From Patescibacteria group bacterium (GTDB taxonomy: Bacteria; Patescibacteriota; Microgenomatia; UBA8517): DNA of 64,000 nt. Positions 45,201 to 53,942 of the stretch are shown here, piece by piece. A program made the position numbers and the translations under genes. How positions within the stretch are numbered: the stretch's first letter is position 1; the number at the start of each line of letters is the position of its first letter. The notes beneath the pieces were generated by a model, which was not told the origin of the DNA, made no database searches, and saw only the letters and a program-made list of their open reading frames with translations. Location of the stretch: NCBI GenBank assembly GCA_022868165.1, contig JALHYA010000002.1, positions 1,478 to 65,477 on the forward strand, given 5' to 3'.

Positions 45201-47483
45201 GCCTGCCGCTGACTGAATCCCTATGCTTGTTAATTTGCCAGCCAGTGGTGAAATAACTCTTCCAGCAGCTCCTCCGGCACCCGGCGCAGCCAGCAGAGCT
45301 ATTTGAGCTACTCCAACTCCCCATTCCATAGCAGTTATATCTTTCGGAGATATCTCAGGATATGTCATCTTGCCTGGCGTCCACAAAGTTGCTATTATTC
45401 CAGCACCAACAGCTAATTGCGATTGCCTTGTGCCATAAAGTTGTTCATACTTGAAAGCTGCCAAGTCTCTCATATTAGCTTTATCTAAATCCTTATGGAG
45501 AAACGCATGTACATCACCAATTCCTCTAGCAGCAGCATATTCAGCAGTAAAAGCATCTAAGGACAAGGATGGTTGTACACTCTTTCTGACAGCCTCTGCT
45601 CTCATTCCATTGACAGTTTGGAATAACTCTGCTGCCAACTGGGGGTATTGCTTGATAAATATGTCATGTTCTTGCCTAGCCTCATAACTAACTGCCGGAT
45701 AGAGTAGATGACTGAAAATTGGAAATTCACCCTTGGTCTCTCTTTGTATCTTATTCCAGACTGCTTCAACTTTGTTTTCCTCAGCAAACGGTTGTTTGTT
45801 GAACTCAACAGCATTGTCAATATCAACCTTTTTAAAACCAGCAAGCACAAGTTCACTTGCCAACTCTGGCTTATTCCCATTATCTCTTAGAAAAGAAGCG
45901 ACATCATAACCATCTTTGCTCTTGTAACTGACAAGCCTAGATTGGACTTCACCTTGCAAAGAGTTTAGTGCCACAATACCTTTCTCTTGCAAAAATTGCT
46001 GCACTTCAGGAGTTGATTTATTGAAATCCACCCTGGGCATATTTTCGCCAGTCGCTCCGAGCGTGATATACTTCGTTTTGAAAGCATACATATAGGCATC
46101 ATATCCATGTTCCGATAAAATCCCCGCCAATATAGAATCACTTTTTGTTAGTTCAGCTAAGGAATCTTTATCAACAAGCTCGCCTGTCTTTTTTATTGTT
46201 ATATAAATAGCTTTTAGCCCATCATTTACTGCCAATTTCTGCTTCTCAGTAGACAAGTTATCAAAAGTATTCTTTGGCAATAAGTCACCATTTTTCATTT
46301 GCACAGCAGAGATATTTGAGCCATCCGCAGTTTGTGCAATAGTTAATTTAGCACCAAGTTTTTCATATTGTGCTGATTGCTGAGCTATTTGAGGTACTAA
46401 GACTCTATATTCTTCTCTAGCCTTCAGCTTTTCTGTTATCGTTTCCCTTGGCATAGACTGGATAGCCTTAGTTTCAGCTTCATATTTTACTTTATCAGTA
46501 GGAGATAGTTCTGCAATAGCCTTCGCTGTTAATTTCTGACCTACAAGTTCACTTGCACCCTTATATTCAATGACATTGCCGCCAAGCTTTTGCACAGCCA
46601 AGGCTTCAGGAGTTATGCCCCATGTGCCACCAAGAACTGAAGATGTCCCTATGTAAACAGCTTCTACCCCTTTCATTTCTGGTAAACTTATAGGATTAAA
46701 GGTACTCACACTCTTTGGCCATTCTCCGGCTATTGCTGTTGGTGGAGAAATCGTTTTTTGCGTGCTATCAGGCCACTTGCCACCTATCCAAATCCTATTG
46801 CCTCCCGCATCAATCCCAATGTTTGGGTCAGCGGTTTTGGCAAATATCTCGTCCCTGCCCATATTGCTAAAATTAGTAATTATGATTAAGTCTTTTGAGC
46901 CGCCATAAGCTGTTTTCAGCCAAGATTGGAAACTGTCGGCACCACGAGCCTGCACTTCACTCTGCCAAGCAACAGGCAACTTATCATAATCCGTTTTGGC
47001 AATCCATGAACCATCATTTAGTTGAATGTTTTGAGATTTGAAAGTTTCAAACTCTGCCGTTTTCTTCTTGTTGAATTCCTCAATGCCTATGCTAGACAGC
47101 AAGGTTTTGTCATCAGCACTCAATGAATCGTAAAGCGTTTTAGTTACCCAACTGCCATCTTTCAGTTGAATATTGTTTGCCTTAAAATCAGTTTCCTTCT
47201 GGGCATAAAAGTTGTTGAAACCCTGTATGCCAAGTTGCCTCAGCCGAGCTTGATCGTCTTCACTCAGTTTGTAAAAAGTTTCCTTATTCACCCACGATCC
47301 ATCAGACAACTGCACATTATCCGCCATCATAGCCGGTGTCTGCTGAGCACTTGATGGAGCAGCCTGACTAATCGCAGCAGGAGCCTTCACGCCAAGTCCA
47401 GCAACCCTTTGCCTTTCCGCTAAAGCAGCGACATTTCTAGCAGCCTGTAACCTGCTTTGCAGTTGGACTTCAGTTTCAGCCAT
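42261..47483 (-). CDS. Giant (~1740 aa) virion-associated protein with N-terminal repeats, central hydrophobic region and ART-like domain
   Basis: Start MAETEVQ at 47483; repeats NxQLxDGSW; RVYRGE...GRWYS...EAEHYV. Confidence 0.8.
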   Translation of the reverse strand: MAETEVQLQSRLQAARNVAALAERQRVAGLGVKAPAAISQAAPSSAQQTPAMMADNVQLSDGSWVNKETFYKLSEDDQARLRQLGIQGFNNFYAQKETDFKANNIQLKDGSWVTKTLYDSLSADDKTLLSSIGIEEFNKKKTAEFETFKSQNIQLNDGSWIAKTDYDKLPVAWQSEVQARGADSFQSWLKTAYGGSKDLIIITNFSNMGRDEIFAKTADPNIGIDAGGNRIWIGGKWPDSTQKTISPPTAIAGEWPKSVSTFNPISLPEMKGVEAVYIGTSSVLGGTWGITPEALAVQKLGGNVIEYKGASELVGQKLTAKAIAELSPTDKVKYEAETKAIQSMPRETITEKLKAREEYRVLVPQIAQQSAQYEKLGAKLTIAQTADGSNISAVQMKNGDLLPKNTFDNLSTEKQKLAVNDGLKAIYITIKKTGELVDKDSLAELTKSDSILAGILSEHGYDAYMYAFKTKYITLGATGENMPRVDFNKSTPEVQQFLQEKGIVALNSLQGEVQSRLVSYKSKDGYDVASFLRDNGNKPELASELVLAGFKKVDIDNAVEFNKQPFAEENKVEAVWNKIQRETKGEFPIFSHLLYPAVSYEARQEHDIFIKQYPQLAAELFQTVNGMRAEAVRKSVQPSLSLDAFTAEYAAARGIGDVHAFLHKDLDKANMRDLAAFKYEQLYGTRQSQLAVGAGIIATLWTPGKMTYPEISPKDITAMEWGVGVAQIALLAAPGAGGAAGRVISPLAGKLTSIGIQSAAGVVFTAETVKSANDVMTKWDTMTIAEQDEAKKNIAISALMDAWVISGVLSGLKGIRSLPAKAQAKVEIPKTAKMPSVAIKQIANTQELGILRSKAMPVAEGYTRVYRGEPSPGRSYMTGGKTAAELAGAEKKVSGRWYSADIGEAKAYTAGKGESVLYFVDIPTKELPKFKPTGEAATWAPAEAEHYVLSGRYLKKALVHPDSISLKSLQAKLDKLVTVSPEEAAILRANVPQAVAFESVKGKVAVGVGRLEAEKLLKLAKESGAAYDDMKVSLTKLEKIPLKSNSYARLANDVQKAIQKSRVTDKALFNKLQILQDITPKELGQLEKLSKLIGRTKMEELEFQRLSKLDKISVQKISESSMSAKTLSRVKQLQGITNKTPAEIIELKGLTEKVSEKLTTSQLQRLKELGGKLSIGQGIKDINQSISGVNKAWNVVDKTKVNTPQRLQALKNLDDAKTKLNATLENWNDNISKPRYRTTAAPSSVEVINTIEKRLEMAKRQRSIAEREYSNPVTSSGEKEIIRDDLRSLNSDIGDLESKMAEYTKLMNKGQPLPADATTYYKMGFGKAEPYWGKTPKSKLEPKEPISPASPIVKTVKEKAIDLKTGKEIEITRETIEQRPRPVAVAERPVVAEQLTFDLELEPNYKIKEKPSVPEGATKVPKVISDSESTYKVTNHIAIQPKVTLETRSVFPGMKEPKFGTSGKLIFTTSPWLPEKPIEMPEIPGVFMPKIVTTVSRPLTGLEKELQAGLQAVTEAAIKAYNETLVDAMTSSRVSTAGLTKTQLNLATITATNAELQAKIEAATRAAIQTQLKTLANPKVKTLIETKYQQKIITKLATPIKPRLPVPIIIIPGAGGKGTIELTEKQKQGIVAWKQGFIFWLKWPDKNGHYPEKNTYYSRSPIEGVEYVKGIGSVAKSIIAKYGRIPEDIKFSMGIQDVDISKTPAGKKPEIEFELAHKYKKHHIKHKAQIEPMPSLRGAR

Positions 47484-47761
47484 TATTGTTCGCCGCTCCT
47501 CATATTGCCCAATCCTATGATGATGCAAACTGCAGCTCCGCCATAGAGCAGATACGGCAGATTATGCACAATGATATGGTCAAAGGAATTATAGTTAGGT
47601 ACTGTGCTATTATCGCTGGCGATATAGCCTGTAGTATTGTCCGTCAAGGGTTTTACCATAAGGGTATCTATGCTTGTATAAGCATCAAACACACCTGAGA
47701 ACATCATCAGTAGCCCTAACCCTGTCAAGACCGCTCCCAATATCAATAATCCTTTTCCCAT
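47483..47761 (-). CDS. Two-TM protein with sequon-bearing loop (minor capsid-like)
   Basis: Two TM segments flanking DNTT and DNST. Confidence 0.7.
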   Translation of the reverse strand: MGKGLLILGAVLTGLGLLMMFSGVFDAYTSIDTLMVKPLTDNTTGYIASDNSTVPNYNSFDHIIVHNLPYLLYGGAAVCIIIGLGNMRSGEQ

Positions 47762-47772
47762 ATCTCACCCCG

Positions 47773-48132
47773 CTATTGCCCAAGCAACATAGTTCTAACC
47801 TTCCATATTATATCAATTAAGAAATACAGACTAGCTATGCTAAACACAATGCATATAGCACGGAGTATAACTAGCCAGCCTGTAAATATGCCATAGTCAA
47901 AGCTAAGAGCTTTCCATATATCCTTTACCACGTTCCATACCATCGTAACACCACTAGCACTCGCCAAGCCGGGGTCGCTCAAACCTCCTGTACCTTCAAC
48001 AGCAGGGTCGCCTAGAGCAGCTGACATACTGGCAGGCATCAAAGCTGGCTGTGCTGGTTCAAGCGCATTGCACCACATAGTTGCCCCTATCCAGAAAACC
48101 AAGACAAAGAAAAGCCATTTCGGAGTGTTCAT
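47773..48132 (-). CDS. Membrane protein
   Basis: N-terminal signal/TM and C-terminal TM. Confidence 0.7.
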   Translation of the reverse strand: MNTPKWLFFVLVFWIGATMWCNALEPAQPALMPASMSAALGDPAVEGTGGLSDPGLASASGVTMVWNVVKDIWKALSFDYGIFTGWLVILRAICIVFSIASLYFLIDIIWKVRTMLLGQ

Positions 48133-48133
48133 T

Positions 48134-49966
48134 TTACACTATACTCCTGATTCTGTAAATGCCATAGCCGATACCAACCAATGAGACAAATATCGGTACA
48201 AGCACCGGTATATGCAATGTAGGATAGGCTACCCAACTAGCAAATACACAGATTATCACAATAGCCTCTATACTATGCGTCCACTTGTAAATGGCATAAG
48301 ACAAACCAGCCAAGATTATTAGTAGGAAGATGTATGTAAGGCTGCCCATCGGTATTCCGGTTGAAGTAGAACCTCCTCTGATAAACACAAACAGGGGTAT
48401 ATTGTTTTCCAATGCAGCAGATACGCTTGGTGTCTGCGTCATACTACTAGGATTGCTTATTGCCGTGCCAGTAGTACCTATTGCAGAGCCAGCCGCAAGC
48501 GTTGTAGCATGTATTATGGTGTAATTATCGCTATATAATAATACTGGGTCATAACCTACTAAAAGATAGCAATAATCAATTCCGCTTGTCAGCCCAACAT
48601 GTGTGAAAGTGGAGCCGGTGGCAACATATATCAGGGCACCATCTGTTTCATCAGCTGGACAAGCATTGGCTCTGAATCTTATATAAGTATTGGGAGCACC
48701 GACACCCTTTACCCACGACAGTACAACATTGTCGTAGCCAGGTATAGCAGTGACATTGCTTGGGCTGCCCACACTTGACCCTGTTACAAATGATTTGCTT
48801 GTACCATTATCAGAACCGCAGACATTTTGAGCTTGCACATTGAAGTAAGTCGTGTTGTCAGAAACCAAATTATCAACATCAAGATATGGACTTTGACCTA
48901 TGGTATAAGCACCTGCAAAAGCCGAAGGTGAACCTACTCCGTTATAGGCATCTATGTCAGTACCTTTGTCTATTGACCCCCAGCCGAACCTGACTTGGCA
49001 GGTAGTTCCACCATCATCAACAAGATAAGACTGCAATCTAGCCGAAGATACGGTTTTATCAGTTGCATCAGCAGTTGCTATTACAGGGTCTTTCCAAGTG
49101 GTAAAACTTTTAGTAGTCCCCCAGCTTGTTCCTTCGGAATTTGTTGCGCTTGCACTGAAATACATCAGAGTGCCAGGGACTAAGCCAGTAACATCATGAT
49201 AAAATGCTGCTATGCCCTGAGTTGGCGTGCCAGGAGAAGTGATATTGTCCCCAGTAACACTATTGTCCCAACTTCCGGGTGTCGTCACGCCGTCATTATC
49301 ACCCCAATAAACAGTCACCGCAGGATCTACACCACCAGTGACCGTAATATTGCCATTCAAGGTCGCACTAGTACAAGCGAAAGGATTTGCTGTGCTTGTA
49401 GTTACTGTAGGTGCCGACAAAGGAGTATAATTAACGGTAATTTTAAGATAAGAAATGTGGACAGTAGAAGAACCGTCAGGAATAATGCTTTTTATTCCCC
49501 ACTCTGCATTATTCAAATCTGCTGTAGACCAGCCTGTTGTGGAAAAAGTGTATGTGCTTGTTTGATATACATACGTATTACTATATAGTATTGTGCCATA
49601 ATAGTTTGCGCCACCTATTCTGTAATAAGGAGTCGTTGAAGTACTTGCATTGCCTCCTCCATACCAAACCCTCGTCAAAGTTACACTATCTATTGACTGT
49701 GCAGGTTCTGCAAAATCAACCATATTGTAGCAATGATACCAGACACCATAATTATTAGTAATTAAATAACTTGTATCGCCATCATCTGAATTTAGATTAG
49801 TATAATCTCCGCCTGGCAAATAACCGCCATCCGTCTGCCCGCCTTCACCCGTAATATTTTCACTTATTGAATCAGCATACACAGGCTGTACAAAAGGTTG
49901 CACAAAAGGCAATGTCAAGCCTACCAGAAACAACAACAAAACCAGAGAATAAAATATCTTTTTCAT
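48134..49966 (-). CDS. Membrane-anchored FN3/Ig-repeat glycoprotein-like protein
   Basis: Start MKKIFYS, ATGA-coupled; APTVTT...SATLNGNIT repeats; three C-terminal TM segments. Confidence 0.8.
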   Translation of the reverse strand: MKKIFYSLVLLLFLVGLTLPFVQPFVQPVYADSISENITGEGGQTDGGYLPGGDYTNLNSDDGDTSYLITNNYGVWYHCYNMVDFAEPAQSIDSVTLTRVWYGGGNASTSTTPYYRIGGANYYGTILYSNTYVYQTSTYTFSTTGWSTADLNNAEWGIKSIIPDGSSTVHISYLKITVNYTPLSAPTVTTSTANPFACTSATLNGNITVTGGVDPAVTVYWGDNDGVTTPGSWDNSVTGDNITSPGTPTQGIAAFYHDVTGLVPGTLMYFSASATNSEGTSWGTTKSFTTWKDPVIATADATDKTVSSARLQSYLVDDGGTTCQVRFGWGSIDKGTDIDAYNGVGSPSAFAGAYTIGQSPYLDVDNLVSDNTTYFNVQAQNVCGSDNGTSKSFVTGSSVGSPSNVTAIPGYDNVVLSWVKGVGAPNTYIRFRANACPADETDGALIYVATGSTFTHVGLTSGIDYCYLLVGYDPVLLYSDNYTIIHATTLAAGSAIGTTGTAISNPSSMTQTPSVSAALENNIPLFVFIRGGSTSTGIPMGSLTYIFLLIILAGLSYAIYKWTHSIEAIVIICVFASWVAYPTLHIPVLVPIFVSLVGIGYGIYRIRSIV

Positions 49967-52722
49967 GATGATTGAAACAGCATCTTTGCCAACCACAGAA
50001 CTACTAACATTAAAAATACAAAACCTATTGCACCTATTATTGCTATTGGTATACCTCCAAAGACAAAGCCGGCACCACCGGCAAAAAACAGCCCTATGAT
50101 AAGCCCTGCTATGCCATGCCCTACACCAACGCAACCTATACCTATAAACAAAGCCAATCCCAAAAGCACCCAACCTATAATTGTTTCAGCGTCAACACCA
50201 ACTAGATTGGCTGCCTCCATAACTCTACCATAGGCATCCACCCCAAGTGCTGCAGCCGGGTCTGGAACAAGCAAGGTGTGTGAAGTTACACCCGGCTTGG
50301 CAATACCAAACGAGGTATAAAATAAATTAGGTCTGACTATTTCCAAGCCCGGAATGCCACGCATAAATATTATACTACCGGCCTCGTTAAGAACCTTGAC
50401 TGTTTGCCCAGCAGAACTAATTAAATAAGCAGTACTGTAATACGTTTCGTATGTTGAAGCCAATGTTCTGGCATAACTGTCAAGATACAGCAAACTGCCA
50501 GCACTCCAATCGGCAGGAACTAGTGCATACTCAGAAAGAACATCATTATTGAACAATGCCTGAATCCTGATTTTACAAGTGGTATCCCCCCATGACAAGG
50601 CACTTGCTGTACCTGCGTTCAGGTAGATTGCCAATGGTTGCCTTCCCCAAGCCCTAAAATTAGTGGCACCTTTTGTTATATTGTCGCTTATAAGTTGCAG
50701 TTGGAAATACAATTGTGAATCATTGTCAGGATAATAAGGTACATAGATATTATTCACATCAGCCACTATCAGCCAATCATCAGCTTGTTTATAGCCAGTG
50801 AAAACCTTCGTGCTTAGCACTTCTATACAGGGGTTGCCCCATATCTCAAACAAGGCGTCTTTTGAAGCATCTGCTACGAATATCAATCCACCATCGGTTG
50901 ATGTGCCATATATTGCATCAGCCAATCCTCCTCCGTTGTCAACACCCCAAAGTATATAGTTTGATGCATCACCAGTCTTAGCAGCAATTACTATAGCGTA
51001 TTGCTGCCCACCTTCAAGATTCACATTGATAGGCAGGCCTGCCGCATCTGTATCAAAATGATACATCGTATAACCTGTCGAAATAGCATTGCCATCAAAG
51101 GTTGTAACTACTAGGTCATTACCCGTAGGCTTTCCGCCTGCAGCGTGTTTCAATGAAAGTGTTACCGTGCCTACCAAAGGAGTTGCGGCACTAACACGCT
51201 TGATATAAACATTTATACTTGTTACCGTATGCGAAATATTATCAGAAGTCAGAGGATTGGTAACTGTAAATTGCTGATACCCCCAAGTATTGCCATAGAT
51301 AGCAGCACTGTTATTATCAGACCCACTATCCAAATATTCATATCTGGCTGGCGAACCTTTGGTGCTGAAAACTGCATCGACACCATTGCCTTGGGCACCA
51401 TTCAAGGCTATAGCTCTGTAGTGATAGACCGTAGCCGGTGATAAGCCAGTCAGGTTAGCCCAGTAATTTATGCCCAAAGTAGGTGTAGCTGTAACCAAGT
51501 ATTGAATGCCATAGGATGTAGTCAACCCATATTCAAAGCCATATTGTGTAGGCACGGCAGCACCGTTTGCTGTCACCATGCCATTAAGCACTGCAGTACT
51601 GTCTGTAAAGCCTGAGCATACCCCAGTTACAACTGTTGGTGGTACGAAAGGAGGAGGAACAGACTCTTCACTTCCAAAGCTCCCCCATGTTGGTTCGGTA
51701 GCCGTATAAGCACGAACTAATACCCAGTCAACCTGAATTTGTGTAGGTACAGAATTTTTATAAGTACCTATTACAAGTGGCAAATCAACAGTAGGCGGAT
51801 GTGTGTTATGGGTAACAATAGATGTGCCATTGGCGTAAAAGTATTGAGCACTTGTACTTTTAATATAAAAGATATCGTATATATCCCAACCATTTCTAGT
51901 AATAAGGTTTTGAGTAGTAGTCTCTTGATGTGCTCCGTCTCTTGTTATAACATCATCGGCACCCTCCATTTCAAAACGTGCTGATGCTACAGTTGCATTT
52001 AAGTCTTCTCCGTAGCCCATAGCTGTATATTTACCACCACCAGGTTCCAATATTGCTTTCGCCCTAAGTGCAGATGTGCCATAATTCGTTACTCCGTTTA
52101 TCTGCTCATAAGCTGCATCAACGCCAGTAACAGTTACAATTGAACTGGCAACAACTACAGTTGGACTTCCCACCTGTTCCCAAGTTGGATAGGCAACTAG
52201 GAAAGCTGCGAGATTAGCAGCATCAGCATCAAAATGGTTAAAGAATGAGAAGGTATTTGCCCCACTACTTACTGCTGGTGCAGCAGCATTGCCATAATAT
52301 AAATAGATAGTAGTGTCGGCAGCACCCGCCAACAAAGGTACTTCAACCCAGACTATTGCACTAACTCCATCCGTTTTGTTTTCAATCCAGTAATCAAGTA
52401 ATGTATTCTCCGCCGAATTAGTAAATCTTACATCGTCAAAGTCAGCAACAGAGGCGTTGGGCATATGAATAATAGCCGTTGCTTGCGCCCCTGTAACATC
52501 GTCAATATCAGCTCCACCGTAGTGAAGCGTTATTTTCATCGGATAATTAACAGCACCCAAATCGTCTGTTTGGTCTACTACTTTTTGCTTCTTATATGCC
52601 CAATCTGTATCATACCAGGCAGCTTCTGCTCTTTGCGGGAATAATGAAACAACTAGGCTAGCAATAAGGAATACCGCCAAAAGAATTGGCAATCTCTTTG
52701 TTATGTTCCTAATTAAATTCAA
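49963..52722 (-). CDS. DUF2341-domain / FN3 membrane-anchored surface protein (spike or receptor-binding candidate)
   Basis: AAWYDTDWAYKK, DFDDVRFT, LDYWIE, VWVEVP, IYLYYGN; FN3 YHYRAIA; three C-terminal TM segments. Confidence 0.85.
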   Translation of the reverse strand: MNLIRNITKRLPILLAVFLIASLVVSLFPQRAEAAWYDTDWAYKKQKVVDQTDDLGAVNYPMKITLHYGGADIDDVTGAQATAIIHMPNASVADFDDVRFTNSAENTLLDYWIENKTDGVSAIVWVEVPLLAGAADTTIYLYYGNAAAPAVSSGANTFSFFNHFDADAANLAAFLVAYPTWEQVGSPTVVVASSIVTVTGVDAAYEQINGVTNYGTSALRAKAILEPGGGKYTAMGYGEDLNATVASARFEMEGADDVITRDGAHQETTTQNLITRNGWDIYDIFYIKSTSAQYFYANGTSIVTHNTHPPTVDLPLVIGTYKNSVPTQIQVDWVLVRAYTATEPTWGSFGSEESVPPPFVPPTVVTGVCSGFTDSTAVLNGMVTANGAAVPTQYGFEYGLTTSYGIQYLVTATPTLGINYWANLTGLSPATVYHYRAIALNGAQGNGVDAVFSTKGSPARYEYLDSGSDNNSAAIYGNTWGYQQFTVTNPLTSDNISHTVTSINVYIKRVSAATPLVGTVTLSLKHAAGGKPTGNDLVVTTFDGNAISTGYTMYHFDTDAAGLPINVNLEGGQQYAIVIAAKTGDASNYILWGVDNGGGLADAIYGTSTDGGLIFVADASKDALFEIWGNPCIEVLSTKVFTGYKQADDWLIVADVNNIYVPYYPDNDSQLYFQLQLISDNITKGATNFRAWGRQPLAIYLNAGTASALSWGDTTCKIRIQALFNNDVLSEYALVPADWSAGSLLYLDSYARTLASTYETYYSTAYLISSAGQTVKVLNEAGSIIFMRGIPGLEIVRPNLFYTSFGIAKPGVTSHTLLVPDPAAALGVDAYGRVMEAANLVGVDAETIIGWVLLGLALFIGIGCVGVGHGIAGLIIGLFFAGGAGFVFGGIPIAIIGAIGFVFLMLVVLWLAKMLFQSS

Positions 52723-52747
52723 TTTTCAGTTTCCTTTTTTTAGATGA

Positions 52748-52778
52748 AGAGCCCAGCCTCTTATAAAGGCCGGGCTCT
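52748..52778 (-). terminator. Strong stem-loop downstream of the candidate capsid gene
   Basis: AGAGCCCGGCCT-TTATAAG-AGGCTGGGCTCT, 12 bp; the single mismatch is a G-U pair only on the minus strand; weak U-tract. Confidence 0.65.
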
Positions 52779-52808
52779 CCCGATTGCACCACGTTCCGGC
52801 AGCTAGCT

Positions 52809-53003
52809 CTACAGCATGCTTCCGCCCTTGCGCATGGCCTTGATAAACGCCCAGATGACCAAGAGAACACCAAGACCCACTACCAATGCAAGTAGTGGCG
52901 TTGCCCACGTTGGCAACAGATCGGTGTTTACGGTGGCGATGAACCCAGCCAAGAAGCCGCATATCAGGACTAGCCCGACTACTAACTCTAGAATCGCATC
53001 CAT
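52809..53003 (-). CDS. Candidate major capsid protein (64 aa, two hydrophobic helices)
   Basis: MDAILELVVGLVLICGFLAGFIATVNTDLLPTWATPLLALVVGLGVLLVIWAFIKAMRKGG; GGGAGG RBS; followed by a hairpin. Confidence 0.65.
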   Translation of the reverse strand: MDAILELVVGLVLICGFLAGFIATVNTDLLPTWATPLLALVVGLGVLLVIWAFIKAMRKGGSML

Positions 53004-53079
53004 TTACTTTTACCCTCCCGCACCAAATCAGTGCTGTTTGCCTTTGCAAGTGAGAGGTATAATGAAAACTCGTTGTTTA

Positions 53080-53838
53080 TCATAATGCCTTTATCCCTAA
53101 AGTCCAAGTGACAACATTAGTTGTCCGAACATCAAAATTCAGCCAGATACTTTTGCTCGTACCGCTATTCAAGGAAAACTCAGGAGTAATCCAATATAAT
53201 TTAGACAGCAAAGTTGAAACATCCGAATTAGATTGAACTGCCCCTGTTTGATTATCTGCTGTAAAACCAGACAACGTACTCTTTACACATCTGTGAGTTG
53301 CATTCAAGTCTAAAGTTGCAAATGTCGATGGGCTTAAAGGTATCAGGGAAATTAAAAGAGAAGGCGTCGCTGAGGCACCTGTGTTGTTTACCACTACAAC
53401 TGAAACATCTTTGTTGCCAGTCTCTGATGCCATGCTGATAATTTGATTGCGGTCTAAGGTAACTGAATATCCCCCACTAGTCGCCGTAGTGCCTCCTGCT
53501 GTCGTTGTCGAAGTTGTTGCTGTAGCAACTACCGGATGAGCAACAAGATAAGCTGCAATGGCTGCATTTAAATCAGATGTTTTTACATAGCCAGTAAGCG
53601 AGCTATTTATCGCTGCCTGAACATCTGCCTGGCTTACGCCGGATTTGCCAGCAATGGTATTTATACTCTGCCCTTGTGCAGTGATTTGCCCTTGCAATCC
53701 TGCTATATCAGATTTATAAGCGATGCCATCTGCGGGAGCCGCCGGAGTTGCTGTTTGCGGTACACAAGCTATCGTAACCATCAAAAGAACGAGTAATAGC
53801 ACTATGCCCATTGAAAGAGCAAATACATGCCTTTTCAT
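53080..53838 (-). CDS. Lipoprotein with coiled-coil, Thr linker and beta domain
   Basis: Lipobox TIAC; AGGAGG RBS; first gene after the promoter. Confidence 0.75.
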   Translation of the reverse strand: MKRHVFALSMGIVLLLVLLMVTIACVPQTATPAAPADGIAYKSDIAGLQGQITAQGQSINTIAGKSGVSQADVQAAINSSLTGYVKTSDLNAAIAAYLVAHPVVATATTSTTTAGGTTATSGGYSVTLDRNQIISMASETGNKDVSVVVVNNTGASATPSLLISLIPLSPSTFATLDLNATHRCVKSTLSGFTADNQTGAVQSNSDVSTLLSKLYWITPEFSLNSGTSKSIWLNFDVRTTNVVTWTLGIKAL

Positions 53839-53898
53839 CGTACTGCCTCCTTGTTTATTTTATTCGCCTAGCCTAAAAATAATTATAATCTACTTTAA

Positions 53899-53927
53899 AT
53901 AGTAGACTATAAAAGTGCGTTTGTCAA
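53899..53927 (-). promoter_or_regulatory. sigma70-like promoter for the structural operon
   Basis: TTGACA-17 nt-TACTAT. Confidence 0.65.
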
Positions 53928-53942
53928 ATACACTACCTGAGA

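Noticed and set aside
42261-47483. Tail tape-measure protein
   Set aside because: No tail tube, chaperone, baseplate or head genes nearby, and the domain content differs.
49967-50173. N-terminal extension of the 679-aa ORF (and similar upstream starts at 6461, 5420, 22026, 47528)
   Set aside because: They overlap upstream genes or promoters; downstream ATGs with coupling, RBS or signal peptide fit better.
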